DNA of 64,000 nucleotides, counting the filler, from Stramenopiles sp. TOSAG23-3 (Eukaryota): NCBI GenBank assembly GCA_900128585.1. It is 9 parts of 9 records of this genome, joined end to end, with 100 filler letters (N's around TTAATTAATTAA, not from the genome) between each part and the next. Parts side by side here need not be neighbours in the genome. Positions count along the whole stretch, not along the records: positions 36,167 to 43,274 come from LT643203.1; positions 43,375 to 50,475 come from LT643204.1; positions 50,576 to 57,675 come from LT643205.1; 6 more parts are not named here. The stretch is one strand, 5' to 3'. The first letter of the stretch is position 1; every line of letters starts with the position of its first letter. The position numbers and the translations under genes were made by a program. The notes below the pieces were generated by a model that was not told the DNA's origin, ran no database searches, and saw only the letters and a program-made list of their open reading frames with translations. This document shows positions 42,501 through 51,522 of the stretch, one piece after another.

Positions 42501-43181
42501 GGTTGCACAGGACATTCCTGAAAACTCAAGCTTGGCATACGGGTCACTGAAGCCGTCTGCGTCTCCCGCTTGAATTCCCAAAGCCCTGTGCACTGTGACG
42601 CGCAAGTACTTCTGTTCAGGGTCTACTGGTTTCCTGTTCTTTACTAAATCCATGATGTTCCAGCTAAAGGTACCGATTGGGTCGTCCTCTGAAAGAAGGT
42701 CCTTGTCAAATACAGTCACCGTAAAGTCTACGTCCGTGATGGAAGTGTTCCAAAGAAGCTCTTGGCACGTGCACACAATTCGTTGGTCCCACTTTGGGTT
42801 CAGATTTTTTATTATATGCCTAGTTTGAACCGGTTCGCCATCACCGATCTGTATTTCTAATAGAGGATCACTGGCAGCGTACCCGTCCAACAAGTTTACA
42901 TCTGTCGCCACTAGGTCCCTCGCTTCTCGCGCCCATACCCGTGCATATATTTTGTCTGGATCTTTCCTCTCCTTCTTTTTTGCAGGGGCATGGGGGCGTA
43001 AGGCTAACTGGGATTGTTCACTAACCCTCCCCAGGGAGATTTTATCAATTTGCGTGGAAAAATAATCATGCGCAGTGTGTTTCTTCATTCTCTTTTTCAA
43101 TTCATGGTAGTACTTCCACGACGTCTGACGACTTTGCACCGCAACCCCATCGTCGTTGTCAGAGTCTTCACCAGAAGACAT
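39513..43181 (-). CDS. C2-domain + EF-hand calcium-binding protein (~1220 aa)
   Basis: C2 motifs ARDLVATD...SDP...KNLNPKW...VFDKDLLSEDDPIG and DADGFSDPY...WDCDAVGDDDFLG; canonical EF-hands DDDGGGTIDHDEL and DESGDGEIDYEEF; repeats ending EFMECLLYLS, EFIEAVVRLS and EFLEALCRIA. Confidence 0.85.
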   Translation of the reverse strand: MSSGEDSDNDDGVAVQSRQTSWKYYHELKKRMKKHTAHDYFSTQIDKISLGRVSEQSQLALRPHAPAKKKERKDPDKIYARVWAREARDLVATDVNLLDGYAASDPLLEIQIGDGEPVQTRHIIKNLNPKWDQRIVCTCQELLWNTSITDVDFTVTVFDKDLLSEDDPIGTFSWNIMDLVKNRKPVDPEQKYLRVTVHRALGIQAGDADGFSDPYAKLEFSGMSCATQVHKRTLCPEFDEADYWFPIPKEQDLRLSFETDWREMEMTPAILRAGRKTERRVKVIMSDSFELLCEAFRVYSMLADLEAEDLDEDYAAQLRCAKPSWAQTDDGEEAETISFKEFIAFCDDTKILNKKLGISRRTLKEIFRRVNTETEPAGGGDGDGGQFRTQGDTQLERGEFMECLLYLSGLRYRTLKDPAKQIEMLIDELIEPNLTKPNPEGIVRVNINPPDLRVSIWDCDAVGDDDFLGEAYISLGEAARKDITKKSAMEYGRRWPLEKRPGHMNRFERVSGTVYVTTRIVQGDEDEYGDGYKNEGFHRFEFDDWYKLEYHEDMEGEVEPEDMSGEVRLTGTLLVPKALIAKEDERIAVEKANEEERENDLMFQVHAVDEWSSKSFPLKICATDPDFKWLANVVTARYDRFLKPRGRVRSRESGLHHVQQGTLTPYNMFTQLPPGTDKLGAPPHPLMSKVNGRTKVRDILQDGDHIWVQFQNKKAKNVIAGLTQLLKEQKAVDANRRWLRRLCREEEVKIQVQIAQRFKRLQEEDGKTIVQIFEDFDDDGGGTIDHDELREGFDDIGIELSEEQFQKMLTIWDESGDGEIDYEEFADMFERIQKMLDEDHRRPLIHFDVYENTGEIRCKPEIGKKFKRERVKEEDKSFQLDSSVFAERKMEADSQDYYETPDMLRKALLEDIKHAHRIKGLFDRNDFGICQSILQDNYLTLSETFRKYCCDEKQNGYFMISWNSFSKWCSDASIIDKRNCRIRDIDQVFVKVNAQTRGVDQNHSKALTRFEFIEAVVRLSQRRYRTLSTGPDKLRAFIEKHIIACVDPLWAIQKFREEHLYTEAVHQVFYKRIIAIKKLYKEAAASDGPKEDYVELMSLKEFMGILRKVKIISKKDFKPVKAIHAFAQSQMMTLDEQKRDTKDKRRDSHETMTLVEFLEALCRIAWIHPRVSGDSIAEKLEGLLALLFEDAKKTQSNVLSSMFGGGKKKGAGGFAGMFGKKK

Positions 43182-43274
43182 TCTCACTCGGCCAGACCCG
43201 CACGAATTTGGGCTTAACTACTCACCCACGCACGCTGCAGTAAAACACTTTGATTTCCTTGCTTAAATGTCTTT

Positions 43275-43374
43275 NNNNNNNNNNNNNNNNNNNNNNNNNN
43301 NNNNNNNNNNNNNNNNNNTTAATTAATTAANNNNNNNNNNNNNNNNNNNNNNNNNNNNNNNNNNNNNNNNNNNN
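43275..43374. other. Artificial contig linker
   Basis: N44-TTAATTAATTAA-N44. Confidence 0.97.
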
Positions 43375-44120
43375 ACCCCCTCCACCGGGAAGAACGAGTG
43401 GGCCTCCGCCGCCGCCAGGAGCAGCTGCGAAGAAAGCAAGGGGAGCACCCCCTGCGCCAGGAAGATCGAGTGGGCCTCCTCCGCCGCCAGGAGCAGCAGC
43501 GAAAAAGGCAAGAGGTCCACCGCCTCCACCTGGAAGAACGAGCGGGCCTCCGCCGCCGCCAGGAGCAGCTGCGAAGAAAGCAATGGGAGCACCCCCACCA
43601 CCGGGAAGAACGAGCGGGCCTCCTCCGCCGCCAGGAGCAGCAGCGAAAAAGGCAAGAGGTCCACCGCCTCCACCGGGAGCTGCCCAGAGTACAAGAGGGT
43701 CACCGCCTCCACCGGGAGCCACCAAAAGCGCAAGGGGACCACCGCCTCCACCGGGAGCTGCCAAGAAAACAAGAGGGCCACCGCCTCCACCGGGAGCCGC
43801 AAAAAGCGCAAGAGGGCCACCGCCTCCACCGGGAGCTGCCCAGACAGCAAGAGGGCCACCGCCTCCACCGGGAGCTGTCAACAAAACACCGCCTCCACCG
43901 GGAGCTGTCAACAAAACAAGAGGGCCACCGCCTCCACCGGGAGCCGCCAAAAGCGCAAGAGGGCCACCGCCTCCACCGGGAGCCGCGGCGAAGAAAGGAC
44001 CACCTCCCCCGCCCCCAGCTGCCACAAAACGAAAGTCCAAAGCGAAGAACAAGCCGCCGCCGCCGCCGCCGAGAGGACCAAAACGCGCGGGGAAAAAGCC
44101 GCCGCCGCCCCCGCCGCGTA
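43375..44120 (+). repeat. Coding proline-rich minisatellite (~45-bp unit)
   Basis: Recurrent AGAGGGCCACCGCCTCCACCGGGAGC. Confidence 0.9.
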
Positions 44121-47100
44121 AGGCCAAGAAATCCCAGCAAGCTGTTTTGGCTACTCCTAAATCTATGCAAGCTAGCAGTAAGGCAGTGCCTGCACGGCCA
44201 TCACACCTTGCTATTGGGAAAATTCCGCCCAGCAGCGGCATAGCGGCGAAATCCGCCCCACCCCCTGTCCCCCCACCGACCGCGAAACGTGGACCCCCAC
44301 CGATTCACAAATCGAAGGCCCTGCCACCCCCGATTCCTGCTGCGAAAGCAAAACGCGGGCCGCCCCCAATTCCTACTGCAAAAGTGAGACCCGTGCCGCC
44401 CCCAATTCCTGCTGCAAAAGCGAAACGAGGGCCACCACCAATTCCGGCTTCAAAAGCAAAGGGAGGGGCTTCACTAAAAAAGAAAGGTGTCCCACCACCA
44501 GTTCCGTCCAAGATCAAGGCCGCTGCGAGCGGCAAGAAATCCCCGCCCCCCCGTCCTTCAGCGGCCAAGAAGGAATTGGAAAAGGTATTGTCCGACGGAG
44601 CCAGCATTGAAAGTACGCCGAAGCGGATGACATTAAGGAAAAAAAAAGACGCAGAATCCGAAGAACACAAAAAAACTGTAGAAAAGCGAAGAGTGGGTAG
44701 CACGCGCCGTCGATCTTTGAAAATTGAACCAACCGACAAGAAAACTGAGTCCAAAACCTCGGAGGGTGAAGAAAAAGATGATTCTTTTGATATCAATGAC
44801 TTTCAGCAAAAAATGAATAATAAAGGAGGCGATCTAGACAATGATGCGGACAGGAAAAAGGCGGGGAGGGAACAGGATGATGTCAAGAAGTTGGAAGAAA
44901 AGATACAGAGTTTGCACAAACGGCACAGTCAAGTGATAATGGTGGACGAAGAAAAGTCAGACGCGCCCTCAGCACTTGGCAAGAACGCAAAACAAGCACT
45001 TGGGAAATCTGGGGAGATAGAACTATCGATCGAAGAAAAATTAATGCGATCGGAAAAAGAGAAATCAGAGGTATTAAAAGCCCTAGCTTTGCTCGTGGGC
45101 AAGGACCGTATTGCAGACGTGCTAAAAGATAAGGTTGTGCCCGAGACCAGGTTGGCAAAATACAACAGACGAAGTTTGGTAGAGGCATCATCGGAGGGCT
45201 TGTGGAAGAAGAGAATGGAACGCGATAGAAACGCTCAAAGTGCGCGATTGAAACGCATGATTCATGGAGAAAAACACGCAAGGCACCCGAAACGATGGGG
45301 ACAGTCAAACGCGGTGTCTATGAAACGATCCCCGACCAAAAAGGGCAAAAAGGGATCTTCCCCGACCGCGCGCCAATATACAGAGAAATCGTTGAACATA
45401 TCCCTGTACGATGCACTGAAACGTTCTCAACTCTCCCAGGCATACTCGACAGATCGTATCGATAGGATCAAAGACTGGGCAATAAGCCTGCTCCAGATGA
45501 CTGGTGAAACCCCGTCAAATTTGGTGAAAATGCTCGAGCAGGTAGACTCTAGCCAGATCAGGACCGAACAGGAGCGCAGTCCACGCGCGGTGTCTCCTCA
45601 GCAGAGGTCGCCGATGGCATCAATTCCTTCCTCGAAGCAAAAGAAAGTAGGCGGGGGAGCACGCCGAAAGCCACGTGGACCCGCAAAGTTTCGCTCGCGA
45701 ATAGACGAATACCATCTAAACCACCAGTTTGAGGCGCATCGTAGAACGGCGGGGACATTGAATCCGCGTGGGAAAAGTACGCACCACCACCACAATGCTG
45801 TTACAAAAGCTTCCCCAAACAGGAAGACAAAGCACCGACCAGCGAAGAAGCCCCGGAGTATTGCAGACCCGCTGTCGCCCCGGGTCATGACGGCACCGCC
45901 GTTGTCTACTCCCACGTCCGGTATATTGCGCATGCTACGAGGGGCAATCGAAAGCAGGCGCACCCTTTATGGGCATACTATAGAAGACACAAGGTCGTTA
46001 TTTCAGGCTGTAGACACGTCTGGCAGCGGTAGGATCGACGCGGAAGACGTCCAGTATGCGCTTCAACGCTTGGGAATTGGGATAACGCCACTGCAAGCGG
46101 AGGACTTGGTCAGCTCAATGTCGGAGTATAACGACGGATACGTAAACTACGTTGAATTTTCAAACGCTTTGCACGAACGAGATGCGTACGTGCCAGACGT
46201 GCAGCTGGGTTCGTCCTTTGGGAAAATGCCAATGCGCCCCGCCGCAAAAGGAAAGGGGCGTGGTTTTCAAATTATGGGAGACAAAGCAAGACCACGGATG
46301 ATAAAGAATGTGCCACAATTGGAATCCACGGCGCTGAAGCCGGGAAAGTTGGGGGTCGCCACGACGTTAACTACGGAAAGGGGCGAGGGGGGCATGCAGC
46401 TGCAATGCTGCATTCAGATCAATAACTTAAACTGCACTGAGATCTCTTTGGATCTTAGTCTCTTCGGTACAAACCGCCCGCTTGTAGCTTCGGTCGACGT
46501 CGGGTTTCCTGATGTCCAAGAAAAGGTACTCGCGAAGTTGGACGCAAAGACTAGAGCCCAGCACTTAGATTTGCTGTCCCGGTTTTTGTCCGACTCGACG
46601 TCCACTTCACCCGCAATGCACTGGGTTTCGCGAGACGAGCTAACGTTTTTCGGTAATGAAGCTGTGACGTTTTTGACAGAGTCATTAGAGTACGTAGACA
46701 ACGAAGGCCAAGCGGCCAAAATATTGAACGGCTTGCTGTCCGAAGGAATTTTGAAGGTCGTCAAGGATGTTGTCGTTGAAAAAACGAAAAAATCCCCTGT
46801 CGACGGCGATAAGAAGAAAAAGAACGTCCCCCCACCCACGCCTGCCCAATTAAAAGCAACTGCGCAGGCAACTTTCCACCCCAGTGCAATTTATGCCTGT
46901 GCAAACTATTCGTGGGTGAGCTTGGGAGAAACCGAAGTTGTGCGCGGCCCTGACTACATCCCAAGACGCACCATTCCAATTCAATTTCGAGGAGACCCTC
47001 GTATATCTTCGTATTGCGACGGCCTTGTTGTTGCTGCAAATGTAAGGACATTGGACAAAGAGATGGCTGGGACCGGGCCTTCAAGCCCAAGGTCTCCAGT

Positions 47101-48874
47101 TTCTGCCAGGAACAACTTGCTATGTTCCGTCCGGGTCGCGCTGAGCGACGTATTGAACACGAAGGCGAAGGGGGCGAAGAAAGACACCGTGGGCACATCT
47201 ACCGGCACCTTGTATGCTGGGATGTCTGAAACTCGCCTGGTGGGGTTCCGAGCCTCTGCTCCGCTCAGTGACATCTCCCCGACGGAGAAGGACCCCGGGC
47301 AGGACTCATCGCACGCGTCCTATGACTACTCTTCTGCTTTAAGGACGTTTAAGCTCTACGAAACGATGCACCCACACGTGCTACCATCTATGTCGATCCC
47401 ATCACAAATGCTTGGTATGTACATCGATAGAATCAGAGAGCTTTTGCGGATTTATGGCAATGAAGCAGACCCTGCATCGCTGGAACAACAGCGGGAGCTG
47501 CTGGGGAATTACTTGGCGTTTGAAGGGCAGCTGATCCCATCGATCCAGAAACAAAACGTGCGAAAGTCAGCCCAATTGATGGCGGATGTGAGCCGGCAGT
47601 TCGAGGCGACAAATCTCCACAGGTATTGCGTCAAGGCAATTGAAACAAGCCCGGAGTCCGATGGCGCCCGTGTGACTGGGTACGAAACGATCACAATGGG
47701 GATGCCCGCGGCCCACTCGGTTGGGTTTCACCAAGGAGGCCTTTCCCGCTTGCAAGAGAACTACTTGGCACTACGCCGGAAAGCCGTCGACGGGTACATT
47801 CAAAAGTCCGAGGAACAGTACATGGAGCGCCTGGGGCTTCAAATTGATATGCGAAAGGACATTTGCCTGTCGCAAGCGATATCTGGCCTCACAAACGCTT
47901 TCATCGGCAGCTGCAGGCAGCACGCATTTGGCAACAAAAACGTGGAGCCGAAATTATTACGCGAGGACAAATTCAAGTGGTGGTCGCAGTTGTACAAGGC
48001 TGGCTTTTTGGCGCATTTTGAGTGCTTGTCCGGGACGGGCGACAAAGAAGGCGTCGTGGAGGATGCCATTGTTGCGATCAGGGCGCTGGACCGTGTGGTG
48101 TTTACGATTGTGCAGGACAGGGCGAAAGAGGACCTTGGCGGGCTTGTTGACGCTTCTGGGGCATGCGTGCGATTAAAGAGGGTTCAGATTATTCCTGCTG
48201 AAAACGAAGAGCACTTTGGTGGGGGGGTTGGAAAGATTCATGTCGAAGTGTACCTTGGGAGCAACTTTGACTACACTGCGTTGCCACAAGCAATAACAGA
48301 GGGGCAGTTTATCCCTGTCCGCCCAGTGATGACATGCCAAACCTTGGATACTGCTTCAGCGCCGTTGATGGCGCAAGAGTTGGCGAACGCAGAGGGTTTG
48401 GAGAAAATCATTTACTACTGCTCTTTGCGAAGGAGGGCCATGGGTGCCTCAGCGGACGAAAACGAAGTAGATGAACTGATCAATGCACTCGAGGAGTGCC
48501 ATCGGAAACAGCACGGTGTGCGGGATGTCTCTGACATTTACACGTGGCTGCTTGTTTCCGAACGTATCGCCCGCCTTCTAGGAGGTGCCCGTATAACGTG
48601 CTGTAGCGATGGGAAAGATCTTTCCGTCATGGCGTCAACATTGGAAATTGCTGTCCTGATGCGCGACAACCACAAGCTGAACCAAGTCGAGAACGTTGCA
48701 AATGCGCTGCGAACAGCGGGTGCTTCTCTGCTCAATCAACAGCAGAACACATTTAAAAATTTGTACAAAATTTCGCGGACAAACATGCCACGATTGTACC
48801 GACCACCGATGCATTTACAAGGGTTAGCACCAGCGGTGAGGGTTTCAAGCCCCCAAGGGTTCGGCGACATGTGA
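43376..48874 (+). CDS. Polyproline-repeat + EF-hand + DEP + inositol polyphosphate 4-phosphatase (INPP4)-like protein; 5' truncated
   Basis: Frame open from the contig edge. GPPPPPGAA repeats; EF-hand DTSGSGRIDAEDV; DEP-like FFGNEAVTFL...QAAKILNGLLSEGIL; INPP4 motifs FEATNLH, TITMGMPAAHSVGF, DICLSQA, GFLAHFECL and GARITCCSDGKDLSVMASTLE. Confidence 0.82.
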   Translation, partial: PPPPGRTSGPPPPPGAAAKKARGAPPAPGRSSGPPPPPGAAAKKARGPPPPPGRTSGPPPPPGAAAKKAMGAPPPPGRTSGPPPPPGAAAKKARGPPPPPGAAQSTRGSPPPPGATKSARGPPPPPGAAKKTRGPPPPPGAAKSARGPPPPPGAAQTARGPPPPPGAVNKTPPPPGAVNKTRGPPPPPGAAKSARGPPPPPGAAAKKGPPPPPPAATKRKSKAKNKPPPPPPRGPKRAGKKPPPPPPRKAKKSQQAVLATPKSMQASSKAVPARPSHLAIGKIPPSSGIAAKSAPPPVPPPTAKRGPPPIHKSKALPPPIPAAKAKRGPPPIPTAKVRPVPPPIPAAKAKRGPPPIPASKAKGGASLKKKGVPPPVPSKIKAAASGKKSPPPRPSAAKKELEKVLSDGASIESTPKRMTLRKKKDAESEEHKKTVEKRRVGSTRRRSLKIEPTDKKTESKTSEGEEKDDSFDINDFQQKMNNKGGDLDNDADRKKAGREQDDVKKLEEKIQSLHKRHSQVIMVDEEKSDAPSALGKNAKQALGKSGEIELSIEEKLMRSEKEKSEVLKALALLVGKDRIADVLKDKVVPETRLAKYNRRSLVEASSEGLWKKRMERDRNAQSARLKRMIHGEKHARHPKRWGQSNAVSMKRSPTKKGKKGSSPTARQYTEKSLNISLYDALKRSQLSQAYSTDRIDRIKDWAISLLQMTGETPSNLVKMLEQVDSSQIRTEQERSPRAVSPQQRSPMASIPSSKQKKVGGGARRKPRGPAKFRSRIDEYHLNHQFEAHRRTAGTLNPRGKSTHHHHNAVTKASPNRKTKHRPAKKPRSIADPLSPRVMTAPPLSTPTSGILRMLRGAIESRRTLYGHTIEDTRSLFQAVDTSGSGRIDAEDVQYALQRLGIGITPLQAEDLVSSMSEYNDGYVNYVEFSNALHERDAYVPDVQLGSSFGKMPMRPAAKGKGRGFQIMGDKARPRMIKNVPQLESTALKPGKLGVATTLTTERGEGGMQLQCCIQINNLNCTEISLDLSLFGTNRPLVASVDVGFPDVQEKVLAKLDAKTRAQHLDLLSRFLSDSTSTSPAMHWVSRDELTFFGNEAVTFLTESLEYVDNEGQAAKILNGLLSEGILKVVKDVVVEKTKKSPVDGDKKKKNVPPPTPAQLKATAQATFHPSAIYACANYSWVSLGETEVVRGPDYIPRRTIPIQFRGDPRISSYCDGLVVAANVRTLDKEMAGTGPSSPRSPVSARNNLLCSVRVALSDVLNTKAKGAKKDTVGTSTGTLYAGMSETRLVGFRASAPLSDISPTEKDPGQDSSHASYDYSSALRTFKLYETMHPHVLPSMSIPSQMLGMYIDRIRELLRIYGNEADPASLEQQRELLGNYLAFEGQLIPSIQKQNVRKSAQLMADVSRQFEATNLHRYCVKAIETSPESDGARVTGYETITMGMPAAHSVGFHQGGLSRLQENYLALRRKAVDGYIQKSEEQYMERLGLQIDMRKDICLSQAISGLTNAFIGSCRQHAFGNKNVEPKLLREDKFKWWSQLYKAGFLAHFECLSGTGDKEGVVEDAIVAIRALDRVVFTIVQDRAKEDLGGLVDASGACVRLKRVQIIPAENEEHFGGGVGKIHVEVYLGSNFDYTALPQAITEGQFIPVRPVMTCQTLDTASAPLMAQELANAEGLEKIIYYCSLRRRAMGASADENEVDELINALEECHRKQHGVRDVSDIYTWLLVSERIARLLGGARITCCSDGKDLSVMASTLEIAVLMRDNHKLNQVENVANALRTAGASLLNQQQNTFKNLYKISRTNMPRLYRPPMHLQGLAPAVRVSSPQGFGDM

Positions 48875-49057
48875 ATTACAAAACGGAAAAGAGGGAGAGG
48901 GGTTGATAACGGCTATTGTTAAGAAAGTAAAGTCTCTCATCTCAAGCTAAGATTCTTAAGCTTCTTTTAGTATCATATGATAAAAAACAAGAAAATTGGC
49001 TGTTATTTTTAAAGTAATTAAATTTAGCTTCCTCATACCCTAATCCTAACTTGATAT

Positions 49058-50029
49058 TTAATTGTTTTCTTCATGATCCCCTTCCATCATCTGTGGATCC
49101 ATCAAACACATGCAACTATGAAGTCCCGAAAACTGGCAAACAAGAATAAAGGGGGCAAAAAGAACCGAGAATACCATTTTGGTGACCCTGGTACATTTTC
49201 CATCTCTTCGCTGGGTATGGTCAAGCGGTGGTATTATTGGGTCTGGCTGCACATTTGTGGGCTTTGGGTTGCCTTCTTTCTTTGCAGCAGCATCATTGCC
49301 CTCTTCCATGGGTGTTTCTTCGCCATCTGCTGTGATGGCAAGGCAGCAACAAAACGGCACACAAGCGACACACGAGGCAAGGTACAGCAATGCCAACGGG
49401 AGCCAAAAACACGTAGAAAAGCACAAGCACCGTCGGACCTCAGGGGTGTGGAGGTGATCAATAAATTCGCGATTGCATTTCCCGCACTTTCGAAGGTATG
49501 TCCCGCTCACGCACGGTTCACCACATCTAAAACAAAAATCAGTCCCGCACAAAGGGCAACGAAGGTGGTCGCAACCACTTTTTTTCTCGATTGGGGTACG
49601 GCACTTTGGGCACGGCTTTGAGTTTTTGAGAGAATGCTTCAAAGCCCCGTCTTCCATTAATTCTAAGTCGGCCATGGGGTGTTCTAAAATGGGCTCAGTA
49701 GATAGTTTTTTCCACCGCTTGTACTTTTCCACGTCTTCCTCGTTTTCCATGACACTAAAGACAAAGTCATCGGACATTTCTGTCGTACAAAAATCGTTCG
49801 GTGGTATCTTAAATGGGCAAAGCATTTTACCAGAGTGAAGTCTCATCTGAACTTTGTGGTGCATGTACGTCTGAAGGCACGCTCTGCAAAAACTCCCATG
49901 CTCGCATGGCTGCACAATCAACATATTTGACTGTTCCTCCTGGCATATCAAACACGCCAGTTCTTCTGACGGCCGTTCTATTTCTTCCTTACCCAGCTCG
50001 ATCTCAACAGTAGTATCAGGCGCATCCAT
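49058..50029 (-). CDS. RBR-like E3 ubiquitin ligase (RING1 + Rcat/RING2) with C-terminal hydrophobic Cys-rich segments
   Basis: CLIC...[11 protein letters not shown]...CP RING1; [33 protein letters not shown] Rcat; hydrophobic tail. Start uncertain (ATG 50029 or upstream). Confidence 0.8.
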   Translation of the reverse strand: MDAPDTTVEIELGKEEIERPSEELACLICQEEQSNMLIVQPCEHGSFCRACLQTYMHHKVQMRLHSGKMLCPFKIPPNDFCTTEMSDDFVFSVMENEEDVEKYKRWKKLSTEPILEHPMADLELMEDGALKHSLKNSKPCPKCRTPIEKKSGCDHLRCPLCGTDFCFRCGEPCVSGTYLRKCGKCNREFIDHLHTPEVRRCLCFSTCFWLPLALLYLASCVACVPFCCCLAITADGEETPMEEGNDAAAKKEGNPKPTNVQPDPIIPPLDHTQRRDGKCTRVTKMVFSVLFAPFILVCQFSGLHSCMCLMDPQMMEGDHEENN

Positions 50030-50475
50030 CGCAAACCACTGTGTATGTATTATATGATGGCAAGTAAGTTCTCTTCCACAATCCCTTTGGCGCAAAGGCA
50101 TTTCAATACCAAAACTAAAAGAAAATATACCCAACACCGTACAATTACTACTCAATAGTTATATATAATATTATAGAAAACAAAACAATTATTCAAAAAA
50201 AATAATCTCCTCCTCTTTTTTTTTATAATAAATAATTTTATTATTATTATTTCATCTACCTTGGTACCGTACCGGTATTAATACTATTACTTGGTACGTA
50301 CCACTATAATATTAATAAATAATAAAAACAACAACTACACTACTACCGTACCGGTGTACCGGTACCAGGTATTGTACTTTGCACGATTAGTGCACAGGGG
50401 GGGGGGTACCTCTCGGCGTGCACACACCTTTTTTTCACATTTTTTACCAACTTGTTTAATGCTGTGTGTATATTC

Positions 50476-50575
50476 NNNNNNNNNNNNNNNNNNNNNNNNN
50501 NNNNNNNNNNNNNNNNNNNTTAATTAATTAANNNNNNNNNNNNNNNNNNNNNNNNNNNNNNNNNNNNNNNNNNNN
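50476..50575. other. Artificial contig linker
   Basis: N44-TTAATTAATTAA-N44. Confidence 0.97.
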
Positions 50576-50576
50576 A

Positions 50577-51293
50577 AGGAGGACAGGGGAGGCGAATCCA
50601 CCTTATAACCACAAGGAAACGGTGACTGTTGAGCATGGTAAGACAAAGGAGCTGGAGTTGGGTGTATGGTGCTATAGACTAAGGGGCAGAAGAGCACAGT
50701 TGAGCCAAGAGCAAAGGGAGAAACTGGAAAAGATTGGTGTTCGTCTTGACGAGTTGGTGGTTTGTGAGCCGAGCGAGGAAAAGAGGAAACACCTCGGGCC
50801 GTTGCAGTCAAATCCACTGATACGGAAACGAGTGTGTGTGAGGCGAGACGCGATGGTGCGATGGGGCGACACACAACGACGAAAATATGGGAATATTAAA
50901 GTAAAGAATTGTGCAACGGGAACCCGGTACCTAGCGAAGATAATGAAAAACAAGGTCGTTTACAGAAAAACATTCGCCGACAGGGATGCGGCAGAACATT
51001 GGTTAACGGAAGTCGGCGAAGGTCGATTGGTTCCAGTCGTTGTTCGGTCCCCAATGCCAATGTACTTTACGCCCAACGAGGAAGAAGAAGAGTCCAGCGA
51101 GGAAGAAGAAGAGTCCAGCGAGGCAGGGCCGAAACGACGAAAATATGGGCATTGTGAAGAAAAGAAGACTGCAAAGGGAACCCAATACCGCGCGAAGATA
51201 ATCGGGGATAAAGTCGGTTACAGAAAAACATTCGACGACAAGGATGCGGCAGCTCGCGAAAGGAAGAGTGCGTTTAGACTTTGTAATCAATAA
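50577..51293 (+). CDS. 3' part of a protein with a helicase-associated (HA) domain and two AP2/integrase-arm-like DNA-binding repeats; 5' truncated
   Basis: Open from the contig edge: TGEANPPYNHKE...LGVWCYRLRGRRAQLSQEQREKLEKIGV (HA pattern). Then RRKYGNI...GTRYLAKI...YRKTFADRDAAEHW and RRKYGHC...GTQYRAKI...YRKTFDDKDAA. Confidence 0.7.
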   Translation, partial: RRTGEANPPYNHKETVTVEHGKTKELELGVWCYRLRGRRAQLSQEQREKLEKIGVRLDELVVCEPSEEKRKHLGPLQSNPLIRKRVCVRRDAMVRWGDTQRRKYGNIKVKNCATGTRYLAKIMKNKVVYRKTFADRDAAEHWLTEVGEGRLVPVVVRSPMPMYFTPNEEEEESSEEEEESSEAGPKRRKYGHCEEKKTAKGTQYRAKIIGDKVGYRKTFDDKDAAARERKSAFRLCNQ

Positions 51294-51522
51294 ATACCCC
51301 TCATCCGATGTGTTATTATTGTGCTGCATTTTCTTTAAAAGAAACAAATTATTTTAGCCCAGCAATCATTAAAAGTATATAGTATTTTTTTAAAACAAAT
51401 TATATAGTATGCTTAATAGTAAAATTAAATCCTAGAAGAAGAAGAGGAGGACTTTCAATTCTCTTATATATATATATTTTTTTTTTCTTCCTCTTTTGTC
51501 CTATAAACCCATGAATTTTCTT

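Noticed and set aside
43327-44243. Gly-rich and other overlapping ORFs; formin call for the sense protein
   Set aside because: These are shadow frames of the proline minisatellite, and no FH2 domain is recognisable downstream.
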